Part shown: piece by piece, positions 17,958 through 25,703 of the stretch | How the letters are laid out: every line of letters begins with the position of its first letter | Numbering within the stretch: position 1 is the first letter of the stretch | Source of the DNA: Elusimicrobiota bacterium | GTDB taxonomy: Bacteria > Elusimicrobiota > Elusimicrobia > UBA1565 > UBA9628 | Reading direction: 5' to 3' | Assembly (NCBI GenBank): GCA_035534315.1 | Contig: DATLSD010000007.1 | Span: 1 to 63,760 of the forward strand | DNA: 63,760 nt | Made by a program: the position numbers and the translations under genes | Notes under the pieces: model-generated | What the model was told of the DNA's origin: nothing | The model's input: only the letters and a program-made list of their open reading frames with translations | The model's database searches: none

Positions 17958-19001
17958 GTGAGGCTCGTCACTTTCGAGGTTAAAACTCCGCTGGGGCCCT
18001 TCGAGCGCCTGGGCGCTCTTTGGAAGGGATCAATTGTTGACCTCAACTCGGCTTACGCCCTTTTCCTGAGAGAAAGCGGCAAAAGCTCCCCTAAAAAAAT
18101 CGCAGACGCGCTAACACCTCCGGACATGCTGGAATTTCTCGATTTGGGCGAAACCTCCCGCGCCGCGGCCCAAGACGCCTTAAATTTCCTTGATGGTGAC
18201 GGCGGCACCCAAATGCTCGGCGTTCGCGGGGAACGCATCCTATATAAGGAAGACGAAGTCCGCCTCTTAGCGCCCATGCCGCGGCCGCGCGCGCTGCGCG
18301 ATTTCTTCGCCTTCGAGGACCACGCGCTGCAAGGCTCCAAACGCCGCGGGGAATCGCTCTCGGAGGCCTGGTACGATCAGCCCGTCTACTATAAAGGAAA
18401 CCCGCGCGAAATCTATGGGCCGGGGGAAACGGTGCCTTGGCCCAGCTACACGCGCCGGTTCGACTTCGAGATGGAAATCGCCTGCATCGTGGGGGCCAAA
18501 GGCCGCGATTTGACGCCGCAGGAGGCGGCCAGGCACATCGCCGGCTACTGCATCCTGAACGATTTTTCAGCGCGAGACATCCAAAAAAACGAGATGATCT
18601 GCCGCATGGGCCCGGCTAAAGGCAAAGATTTCGCCACGGGGCTGGGGCCCTGCCTGGTCACCGCGGACGAGCTGCCCAATCCCGACAACCTCGCCATGGC
18701 CGTTTTCGTCAACGGGGAGAAATGGAGCGAGGGAAACTCTTCCGGCCGCTACTGGAGCTTCCCCGTCATGCTCTCGCACGTGTCCCAAGAGGAAACCGTC
18801 TATCCCGGCGACGTGCTGGGATCCGGGACCTACTACCGGGGCTGCGGGCTCGACTTGGATCGCTGGGTCAAGCCCGGCGACATCATCGAATTGGAAGTGG
18901 AGAAGCTCGGGCGGCTGCGGCACGTCGTCGGCGCTCCGAAATCCCAAAAGCACTTGAAATACTCGAAAACCGAGGCCCGAACCGATGGCGCTCATCCTTA
19001 A
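17958..19001 (+). CDS. fumarylacetoacetate hydrolase (FAH) family protein
   Basis: 347 aa with a GTG start. FDFEMEIACIVG, IAGYCILNDFSARDIQ, GPAKGKDFATGLGPCLVT, GDVLGSGT. Confidence 0.88.
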   Translation: MRLVTFEVKTPLGPFERLGALWKGSIVDLNSAYALFLRESGKSSPKKIADALTPPDMLEFLDLGETSRAAAQDALNFLDGDGGTQMLGVRGERILYKEDEVRLLAPMPRPRALRDFFAFEDHALQGSKRRGESLSEAWYDQPVYYKGNPREIYGPGETVPWPSYTRRFDFEMEIACIVGAKGRDLTPQEAARHIAGYCILNDFSARDIQKNEMICRMGPAKGKDFATGLGPCLVTADELPNPDNLAMAVFVNGEKWSEGNSSGRYWSFPVMLSHVSQEETVYPGDVLGSGTYYRGCGLDLDRWVKPGDIIELEVEKLGRLRHVVGAPKSQKHLKYSKTEARTDGAHP

Positions 19002-20220
19002 GCGGGGCGAAGTTCCCAAGACGCCCCACACCGAGTTTTACGTCAAGCCGGGCGTTTTGGCGCTCGAGGAAATCCACGGCAGCTACGGATTTTCCGGCGC
19101 CTACTCCCGGAAAATGCACGTGCGGCGCTACCCCACGGAGATTCTCGTCCAGCCGGCGACGGCGGCCTTCAATCTGTCTCCCCGAATCGCGCGGCCAGCC
19201 CCGCTCCAACCCTATCACATCAGAACAGGACGACTACCCTATGGCGGAGATTTCGTCCGATCACGAAAAGTTCTGTTGTGGGGCCCCACCACGTCTGTTG
19301 CGGCGGCTAAACCGACGCGCTCCATGCCGGAAAAAGAATTTTTCCGCAACGGAGACGGTCATGAAGCGGTGTTCGTCCAGGAAGGCTCCGGCATCCTCGC
19401 CACGGAATACGGTGAAGTCCCCTTCGGCCCCGAAGACTATCTCATCATCCCCAAAGGCACGACCGTGCAGTGGCGGCTTCAAAGTTCCCGCGCGTTTTTC
19501 CTTATCATGGAATCCGTCTATCCCATCCACTTCGCGCCGCACTACGTGAATCCTCACGGCCAAGCCACGCTCATGGCTCCGATCGTGGAAACGGAAATCA
19601 CCGCGCCCCGGTTTGCGCCGCCCATAGACAAGCAGGGACGCTATACGATTTGGACCAAGCACGGCAGCGGACGCGTGACCAAATTCGTTCTCGGCCACCA
19701 CCCGTTCGATTTGGCCGGATGGGAAGGCGCGCTCTATCCCTTCGCCTTTTCAAGCGCCTCGCACCACTCCATCGCGCGGGAAATCCACACAGCGCCGCCC
19801 GCGCGGCAGACGTTCCAGGCCGGGCAAGCCCCCTACGGCGGATTCTCGGTGTGCACGTTTCGCGCCCAAGTGGAGGGCTGGCACCCCAAGGATATTCCCG
19901 CGCCCTACGCCCACTACAACACGGACTGCGACGAGGCCATGTTTTTCTCCAACACGGCCTACGGCGCCCGGCGCGGCGTCATCGAGCCAGGCTCGCTGAC
20001 CTTTCATCCAGGAGCCATTCCTCATAGCCCACAGGGCAACGCCGCCCTGGAATCCCGAAAAGCCCGCGGCAAGCTGTCTTCCTATCTGGCGGTCATGCTG
20101 GACACCTATTTCGAAAACCTACGGCCGACGCAGGACGCCGTGGCCGTGAGTGATAAGAGCTATCCCATCAGCTGGGCGCGCCTGGCAGCCGCTTCGCGCG
20201 CGGAGACGCCATCGGCCTAG
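18985..20220 (+). CDS. hmgA: homogentisate 1,2-dioxygenase-like protein
   Basis: 411 aa: MALILKRGEVPKTPHTEFY...EEIHGSYGFSGAYS...DYLIIPKGTTVQW...NTDCDEAMFF...LTFHPGAIPHSPQG. Overlaps the FAH gene by 17 nt. Confidence 0.8.
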   Translation: MALILKRGEVPKTPHTEFYVKPGVLALEEIHGSYGFSGAYSRKMHVRRYPTEILVQPATAAFNLSPRIARPAPLQPYHIRTGRLPYGGDFVRSRKVLLWGPTTSVAAAKPTRSMPEKEFFRNGDGHEAVFVQEGSGILATEYGEVPFGPEDYLIIPKGTTVQWRLQSSRAFFLIMESVYPIHFAPHYVNPHGQATLMAPIVETEITAPRFAPPIDKQGRYTIWTKHGSGRVTKFVLGHHPFDLAGWEGALYPFAFSSASHHSIAREIHTAPPARQTFQAGQAPYGGFSVCTFRAQVEGWHPKDIPAPYAHYNTDCDEAMFFSNTAYGARRGVIEPGSLTFHPGAIPHSPQGNAALESRKARGKLSSYLAVMLDTYFENLRPTQDAVAVSDKSYPISWARLAAASRAETPSA

Positions 20221-20227
20221 GAACGCC

Positions 20228-20842
20228 ATGAATATAGATCCAAAAACACTCTCCGCGCGCGAGCGCTACGCCCTGCTGATTCAAACCATCGTCCCAAGGC
20301 CCATCGCCTGGGTTTCCACCGTCAATGCCCAGGGCGCCTTGAACCTAGCTCCTTTCAGCTTCTTCACCGGCATCGCGGCCGAGCCCATGAGCGTGTGCTT
20401 CGCCCCGGTCAACAACCGCCACGGCGCCGAAAAAGACACGCTGATTAATGTCCGGCAAACGGGGGAATTCGTCATCAACTCCGTCACCGAGGAAAACGCC
20501 GCGCGCATGAACGAAACATCGGCCGAATATCCTTACGGCGTGAGCGAGTTCGAGAAAGCGGGCTTAACGCCCCTGCCCAGCGTGGCGGTCAAGCCGCCCC
20601 GGGTTAAGGAATCCCCGCTCCAAATGGAATGCCGCCTCCTGCAGATCGTGACGCTGAGTTCTGGGCCATTGGGCGGGCACCTAGTCATCGGCGAGGTCGT
20701 CCATTTCCACGCGGCCGAACCGCCCTGGGACGGCCAAGAAATTGCCCCGGAAAAATTCAAGGCGATAGGCCGCATGGGCGGAACCCGGTACGCCCGCACC
20801 AGGGACTGCTTTGAGATGAAACGCCCGGAGGCTCCGCGATGA
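20228..20842 (+). CDS. flavin reductase family protein
   Basis: Start at ATG 20228. LIQTIVPRPIAWVSTVNAQGALNLAPFSFF...LINVRQTGEFVINSV...ESPLQMECRL...HLVIGEVVHFH. Confidence 0.85.
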   Translation: MNIDPKTLSARERYALLIQTIVPRPIAWVSTVNAQGALNLAPFSFFTGIAAEPMSVCFAPVNNRHGAEKDTLINVRQTGEFVINSVTEENAARMNETSAEYPYGVSEFEKAGLTPLPSVAVKPPRVKESPLQMECRLLQIVTLSSGPLGGHLVIGEVVHFHAAEPPWDGQEIAPEKFKAIGRMGGTRYARTRDCFEMKRPEAPR

Positions 20843-21600
20843 AAAAACCGTTTCAAAACCTCGTCGTCGATCACATGACTTTTTTGGTCGAGCCGCGTTT
20901 CTACAAAGTCGCCTACGCCCTGTTCCGGATCATCTTCGGCGTCGATTCCCGGGACATTCTTTACGAGAAGCGGCGGCGCTGGCCGGGCGCGGCGAAGGAA
21001 GAGTCCATGACTTTCGCCGCGCGCATCGGCGAGGCGGAAAAAAACCGCGGTTTGGGCCAGAGCATCATCGCCGTGGTCCAGCCCAGCGAGCCCAAAGGCC
21101 AAAAATCCCACGTCCGCGACATGCTTAAAAATCGCGGCGGCAGCGCCCATTGGCAGCATATCGCCCTGCGCACACCCGATCTCCTGGCCTTCCATCGCCA
21201 CGCCGCGGAGCGGGGCGTCAACTTCATCACGCCCATCTTGAAGGACGCCGAGGAGGACCTCATCCAGGTCTTCAGCGGCGAATGGATTCTGCCCGGCCGG
21301 CCGCCGTCCGGAATTTTCTTCGAGTTCGTCCAAAGAAACCCCGGCCGCGGCCTGCTTAAAAAATTGGCCGCCGCCAACCGGCAATCCTGGTTTCGCGACA
21401 AGACTTTTTTAGGCCTTTACCAGGAAAAAGAAACCGAGTACCGCGGCGGGAAGGTCGTTCCCTTCATCGCTCCGGAGCTTTTTTCCCGCATCGAGAAAAT
21501 CCTGACGCCCAAGGCGCTTTGGGAGATTACTGAAAAAGACATCGCTCGCGTCGAAAAGGTGATGAAAAACTTCGCCCGCGGGCACGGCCGCGGAGCCTAG
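20839..21600 (+). CDS. single-barrel 4-hydroxyphenylpyruvate-dioxygenase-like (VOC superfamily) protein
   Basis: 253 aa. HPPD C-terminal-domain motifs: VVDHMTFLV, WQHIALRT, LIQVFS, FFEFVQR, FRDKTFLGLYQEKE (equivalent to FGxGNFxxLFxxIE). ATGA overlap with the flavin reductase gene. Confidence 0.7.
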   Translation: MKKPFQNLVVDHMTFLVEPRFYKVAYALFRIIFGVDSRDILYEKRRRWPGAAKEESMTFAARIGEAEKNRGLGQSIIAVVQPSEPKGQKSHVRDMLKNRGGSAHWQHIALRTPDLLAFHRHAAERGVNFITPILKDAEEDLIQVFSGEWILPGRPPSGIFFEFVQRNPGRGLLKKLAAANRQSWFRDKTFLGLYQEKETEYRGGKVVPFIAPELFSRIEKILTPKALWEITEKDIARVEKVMKNFARGHGRGA

Positions 21601-21606
21601 ACCGAC

Positions 21607-22437
21607 ATGGACGAGCAAAACCCGGAATCCGCCGATTCCCCCAAACGCCGAACTCACGGCGCCGCCGTCGCGACCGCGGCCCTTGTCGCTTTGGCTGCGG
21701 CCGCCTCTTTTCTGGTCTACTACCGCTACCGCCAGGAAGTCAAAAGCTCCTCAACGACAAATCTGAGCGGGTTTGACATCACGCAAAACCAAGCCCCCGC
21801 CGCGCCGCAAGAGCCCGTTTCTCCCGCGCCCGAAACGGCGCCTCAGCCGGCCGATGGCGGGCTATCCCTGATCCGCGGAGGATTTTCGCAGCCCGCCCAA
21901 AACCCGGCCGCGTCACCCGCGCAGCAAGCCGCCCTGTCGCTCACCGCCGCCTGCCGCGCCCATGAGAGAGAAGTCCAGGCCCTGGCCGCCGCCTACACGC
22001 GCAAATACCCCATCATCGCCCAATACGGCCGCGACTGGATGCGCTATCCGGATCTGCGGCGGCTCGACCTGGAGTACGCGGAAAACCACGACCCGGTCGC
22101 GTTCATCAAAGGGGTCGCGGCATCCCCTAATTTCCGCATCCTGGTGCGCAAGTACGCCACCCAGCCCGCGATTCAATCTTTCGCAAAAGACGTGGTAACC
22201 CACGCGCCGGCCGACGTGCTCGCCGCCGCGTCAAGCTACCTCAACAACAACCAAAACATGACGTCTCTGGCCGACACGATATTGACGGCCCTGGGGCTTC
22301 CTCCGGGGATTATCGGCACGAACGGCTCGGGCAATCCCCAAATCAACGCGGGAGCGATGATTCAATCCCTGCTTAACAACCCGCCGAGCCAGCCGCAGCA
22401 ACAGCAGAACGGGGCGCCGACCCTGTCGCCTCCCTAA
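21607..22437 (+). CDS. hypothetical membrane-anchored protein with a Pro/Ala/Gln-rich linker
   Basis: 276 aa, single TM (AAVATAALVALAAAASFLVYY). I recognise no family. Confidence 0.6.
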   Translation: MDEQNPESADSPKRRTHGAAVATAALVALAAAASFLVYYRYRQEVKSSSTTNLSGFDITQNQAPAAPQEPVSPAPETAPQPADGGLSLIRGGFSQPAQNPAASPAQQAALSLTAACRAHEREVQALAAAYTRKYPIIAQYGRDWMRYPDLRRLDLEYAENHDPVAFIKGVAASPNFRILVRKYATQPAIQSFAKDVVTHAPADVLAAASSYLNNNQNMTSLADTILTALGLPPGIIGTNGSGNPQINAGAMIQSLLNNPPSQPQQQQNGAPTLSPP

Positions 22438-22443
22438 CTTGGG

Positions 22444-22725
22444 CTACTGATTCGCGGAACAGGGCCCGTTCGCCGGCATGTTTGGATTCGAATTGCAGGT
22501 CCATTGGCACGTGCTTTGGCTTTGGCAGGGAACCGTGTGCTGCTGCGTGCATTGGTTGACGATGGATTGCGAGGGGGCGGATGACGCGCTGCTTGATCCG
22601 AAACTGCAGGAAGGACATCCCGCGGACGCGCCGCATCCGGCGATTCCCGTCGTCATGCCCAGGCAGGCCAGACCCAGTAAAAACGCGAAGGTGCTCCCCA
22701 TCAAAGCCGCTTTTTTGACGTTCAT
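22444..22725 (-). CDS. small Cys-rich lipoprotein (93-aa precursor, about 63-aa mature part with 8 Cys)
   Basis: MNVKKAALMGSTFAFLLGLACLGMTTGIAGC: signal peptide plus lipobox IAG|C. Mature part: CGASAGCPSCSFGSSSASS...CTQQHTVPCQSQSTCQWTCNSNPNMPANGPCSANQ. Near-ideal SD GGAAGGAGAG, with its AGGAG core 7 nt before the ATG. It has its own promoter (next feature). Confidence 0.7.
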   Translation of the reverse strand: MNVKKAALMGSTFAFLLGLACLGMTTGIAGCGASAGCPSCSFGSSSASSAPSQSIVNQCTQQHTVPCQSQSTCQWTCNSNPNMPANGPCSANQ

Positions 22726-22755
22726 AAAATCTCTCCTTCCGTTCCGTCAGCCATT

Positions 22756-22784
22756 AGTTTATGGCCGCTCGGCCTGATTGTCAA
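22756..22784 (-). promoter_or_regulatory. sigma70-type promoter TTGACA-17 nt-TAAACT for the Cys-rich lipoprotein gene
   Basis: Minus strand: -35 TTGACA (22784-22779), a 17-nt spacer, and -10 TAAACT (22761-22756), about 30 nt upstream of ATG 22725. Confidence 0.5.
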
Positions 22785-22832
22785 CCCTCGCTGCCGCTTT
22801 TATCCGACTTTTTACCCAGTTTAGGCGCTGCC

Positions 22833-23753
22833 TTAAAGATTCTTTAGGAACTTGTCCGCCACATAGCGCGGCAGCCAGAAAAGATTGATGATGGACGAAT
22901 AATGTCCAAAAGGCACCCACTCTTGGCGGCTGTCCGGAAAAGCATACTTAAGCTTGCGGGCATAAGCCCGCGGAATAATGTGATCGAACCATCCGTTCAT
23001 CAAAAAAACTTTCTTGCCGCTGTTTTGCGCGCGGTAATCGATGGGGTCGAGCCCCGGCCAAGCCTTGGCCATCTCCTGCGGGGTCACCTTGAGCTTACGG
23101 ATGAACGCCGCGGTCATGGCGCTGTGCTCAATTAATTGCGGAAAATCAGCCCCGCCCAAAAGAAACACCGCGTATTTTGGAGTCGGATCCACGGAATAAA
23201 CCGCCGCGCCGACCAAAGAGCCCAGGCTGATGCCAAAGAGGCCGATGCGGCGCGAATCCACGGAAGGGTTTTTTCGGATCCACGCCAAAGTCCTTCGGGC
23301 GTCCAGAACTGACTCCCTAAAATTAAAAGCCAGCTCGTGCGCGCTGTGAGCCAGAAACACCTGTCCGCTGGGAACCAGCGGCGCCGGGCGGCGGTGGAAT
23401 TGATAGGGCATCTCGATCCACATGACGGCGAAGCCGTCCTTGCGGAAGCGCTTCATGAACTGATTCTCGATCCAAATATTTGGTTCGGCCATGCCCGGCA
23501 GGACCAGGATGCACGGGTAGCGTTTGCCGGCGGGGCCGTTGGGGACGAAGAAATGGCCCCAGACCGTGTTGTTCGCGCGGAAGAGACTCTTAAGCGCCGT
23601 GTGGTATTTCACCAGGTATTCCGTGTCGCTAGGCCCGCGCTTGACCACCGCGACGGTCGCCGAAAACGGCTTGTCCTGATAATCCAGGGGTCCGGCCCAA
23701 CCCCGGGAATTGAGCGCTCCCAGCGCCGCCAGAATCAAAAAGACTTTTTTCAA
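22833..23753 (-). CDS. secreted alpha/beta hydrolase
   Basis: 306 aa with a TTG start directly after the porin stop. Signal peptide MKKVFLILAALGALNSRGWA. Nucleophile elbow GISLGS. Confidence 0.8.
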   Translation of the reverse strand: MKKVFLILAALGALNSRGWAGPLDYQDKPFSATVAVVKRGPSDTEYLVKYHTALKSLFRANNTVWGHFFVPNGPAGKRYPCILVLPGMAEPNIWIENQFMKRFRKDGFAVMWIEMPYQFHRRPAPLVPSGQVFLAHSAHELAFNFRESVLDARRTLAWIRKNPSVDSRRIGLFGISLGSLVGAAVYSVDPTPKYAVFLLGGADFPQLIEHSAMTAAFIRKLKVTPQEMAKAWPGLDPIDYRAQNSGKKVFLMNGWFDHIIPRAYARKLKYAFPDSRQEWVPFGHYSSIINLFWLPRYVADKFLKNL

Positions 23754-25289
23754 TTAGAACCCCACCACGAACGACAAGGCCGTTTGATAAACGTTGACGC
23801 GGCCAAGCGAGTTAGGCAAAACGGAATTGTTCTCAAAGCTCGAGGACGCCCCCGGATAGACATTGCCGTCCGTGGCGCGCCCAAGAACCCAGTAAGACCA
23901 CTCCAACTTAATCCAAAAATTATTGGAAACTTGGTAGTTGAGAGCCGCCGTGTATTTGTCCATCTGCGTGGTGGCTCGCGGCCTCGAGGGATTGAGCGCA
24001 TCCAAGGATGAGTATTGCGTGCCGTTTAATGTTTGGTCAAAAAACAAATCCTCAGCCGGACCGCGGCGCCACATCTGATTAAGCACTAAAACGCCGGTCA
24101 ATTGCTTGCCCATGGGCGGCTTTTTCATCACCGGAAACGAAGCTTGAACATAATAGCCTTGATTGATCTCATAATCCTGGGCCAACGTGACGTTCGAAGC
24201 ATTGGAGAACGCTCCCGGCGATGTTTCCAACGGGGCCAAAAACTGGTTCAAGCTATAAACATACTCGCTCGCAAAGTTTATTCCTTTATATTCAAACGTC
24301 AAATCCGCGTCGTATATCTGGTAGTTCAGGTTGCCCTCCAGGTTGTATTCGCCGCCCATGGCGGAAAGACCCAGATTGACGCCGTTTAAATCTGAAATCT
24401 TTTCCGGAATGGGCCAGGGCAGGCGCAAATCGCCCAAGGCGAAAATCACGCGCGCCCCGGGAGACTTGGCGTTGTTGTTGTCCGCCAAATTGTTGTTCTG
24501 ATGGCCGAAATCGATGTTCGTGCCGTTGCCGGGAATGGGCGGAACGCCTAAATTGTCCGTGTTGGGAAAAGTGCGCAGGCGGTTGGTCTCCTCGCCCAAG
24601 CCGTTGACCACGAAAAACGTGATTTCATCCGGAATGAGCGGATTATCGATGGTGGGATAATAGCTCACCCGGGCGCCAACGTCAGTGTAGCCCACGGTCA
24701 AGGGAGGCCGCGGGGAATTGAGGCGCACGACCAAGTCCAAGCTGTCCGGCGACGAAAACAAGAGCGGGCGCGTGACCGTCAAAAAATCGTCGGGACGATA
24801 AAGTTCGTTGTAGCGGCCGAAGGGGACCAGGAATTTTCCCGCCTCAATGCGGGTATTCTTCAGGCGATCGTACTCGACGTTAAGCTGGCTTAGCTGGATT
24901 TGCCCTTCATTCGACGTCGGCGCGTTCCACTCCATCAAAAAAGGCATGCCGTCGGCGATCGGCCCTCCCAAGCCGAAATACATGTCGGCCAGATACAGCT
25001 CGTCCTGGATCTGAGCTTCGTACTGGGGATAGCGCGGTCCCACGTTGCGCCAATTCAAGGACGCGCTTCCCTCCAAATCCAGCTGCGAAAGCCGTCTGAA
25101 AAAAGACGCCAGCTTGGGATGAGATGACACCTCGTTGGCAAACCCGCCCATGGAAAAACCGGCGGAGGAAACGCCGACTTCGGGCGCCGCGGCGGAAGAT
25201 AAACGCGGAAGAAACGCCGCGCACAGGAGGGCCAAGCCCGCGCATTGACAGGATCGGGCAAAAAAGCTAGCATTCATGCGCAGCCGCAT
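23754..25289 (-). CDS. outer-membrane beta-barrel (porin-like) protein
   Basis: About 507-511 aa (ATG at 25289 or 25277) with a signal peptide. Asn/Gly/Tyr-rich alternating sequence. The C-terminus ALSFVVGF ends in Phe, as in OMP sorting signals. Confidence 0.75.
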   Translation of the reverse strand: MRLRMNASFFARSCQCAGLALLCAAFLPRLSSAAAPEVGVSSAGFSMGGFANEVSSHPKLASFFRRLSQLDLEGSASLNWRNVGPRYPQYEAQIQDELYLADMYFGLGGPIADGMPFLMEWNAPTSNEGQIQLSQLNVEYDRLKNTRIEAGKFLVPFGRYNELYRPDDFLTVTRPLLFSSPDSLDLVVRLNSPRPPLTVGYTDVGARVSYYPTIDNPLIPDEITFFVVNGLGEETNRLRTFPNTDNLGVPPIPGNGTNIDFGHQNNNLADNNNAKSPGARVIFALGDLRLPWPIPEKISDLNGVNLGLSAMGGEYNLEGNLNYQIYDADLTFEYKGINFASEYVYSLNQFLAPLETSPGAFSNASNVTLAQDYEINQGYYVQASFPVMKKPPMGKQLTGVLVLNQMWRRGPAEDLFFDQTLNGTQYSSLDALNPSRPRATTQMDKYTAALNYQVSNNFWIKLEWSYWVLGRATDGNVYPGASSSFENNSVLPNSLGRVNVYQTALSFVVGF

Positions 25290-25323
25290 TTTAGCACTTT
25301 TACCGAAGGGAGAACGGCGAAAA

Positions 25324-25638
25324 ATGGCTTACGTTATCACGGATAAATGCCTCGGCGAAGTCTACGCCGACTGCGTGGAAGTCTGCCCGGTTGAATGCAT
25401 CCACCCCGGCGATTACAAGAACGAAGGCTTCATGATCATCGATCCGGAGGTCTGCATCGACTGCGGCGTCTGCCTGCCGGAATGCCCCATCGGCGCCATC
25501 GTGGGCTCCACGGACGAAAGCCCGGAGTGGGCCAAAATCAACGCGGAATTGGCCCCCAATTTCAAGAACAATCCGAAAGTCACGCCCAGGCCGGCCAACG
25601 ACCCGCCGCGAAAATCCGAAAACAAGCTCGTCCGTTAG
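25324..25638 (+). CDS. ferredoxin (7Fe-type pattern)
   Basis: Start at ATG 25324 with SD AAGGGAGAA. MAYVITDKCLGEVYADCVEVCPVECIHPG...DPEVCIDCGVCLPECPIGAI. Confidence 0.9.
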   Translation: MAYVITDKCLGEVYADCVEVCPVECIHPGDYKNEGFMIIDPEVCIDCGVCLPECPIGAIVGSTDESPEWAKINAELAPNFKNNPKVTPRPANDPPRKSENKLVR

Positions 25639-25703
25639 GGCGCCTTTGCGGCGCGCTGATTGTTTTCCGGCTCCTGACGCTGCCGGCAGGCTCGGGGTTT
25701 TGC

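Noticed and set aside
22444-22725. Cys/Ser/Thr-rich small ORF as a RiPP (lanthipeptide or thiopeptide) precursor
   Set aside because: The N-terminus is a classical Sec/lipoprotein signal rather than a leader peptide. No dehydratase, cyclase, radical-SAM or peptidase-ABC genes are adjacent.
25639-25666. Possible intrinsic terminator after the ferredoxin gene (GCGCC-tttgc-GGCGC, then a T-rich stretch)
   Set aside because: The stem is only 5 bp and the T run is interrupted and 6 nt away, so the evidence is too weak. More generally, I found no convincing rho-independent terminators, because most convergent genes overlap.
25395-25703. N-terminal extensions offered by the ORF track. Examples: 25395 for the NlpC/P60 gene, 30715 for acnA, 30042 for the Trx-like gene, 11803 for the PLD gene, 8730, 9557, 11344, 18046, 48267, 50324, 50704, 61120.
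   Set aside because: The extensions overlap the preceding genes, are Arg-rich, and precede in-frame ATGs. Those ATGs restore canonical N-termini and typical ATGA or short-gap junctions.
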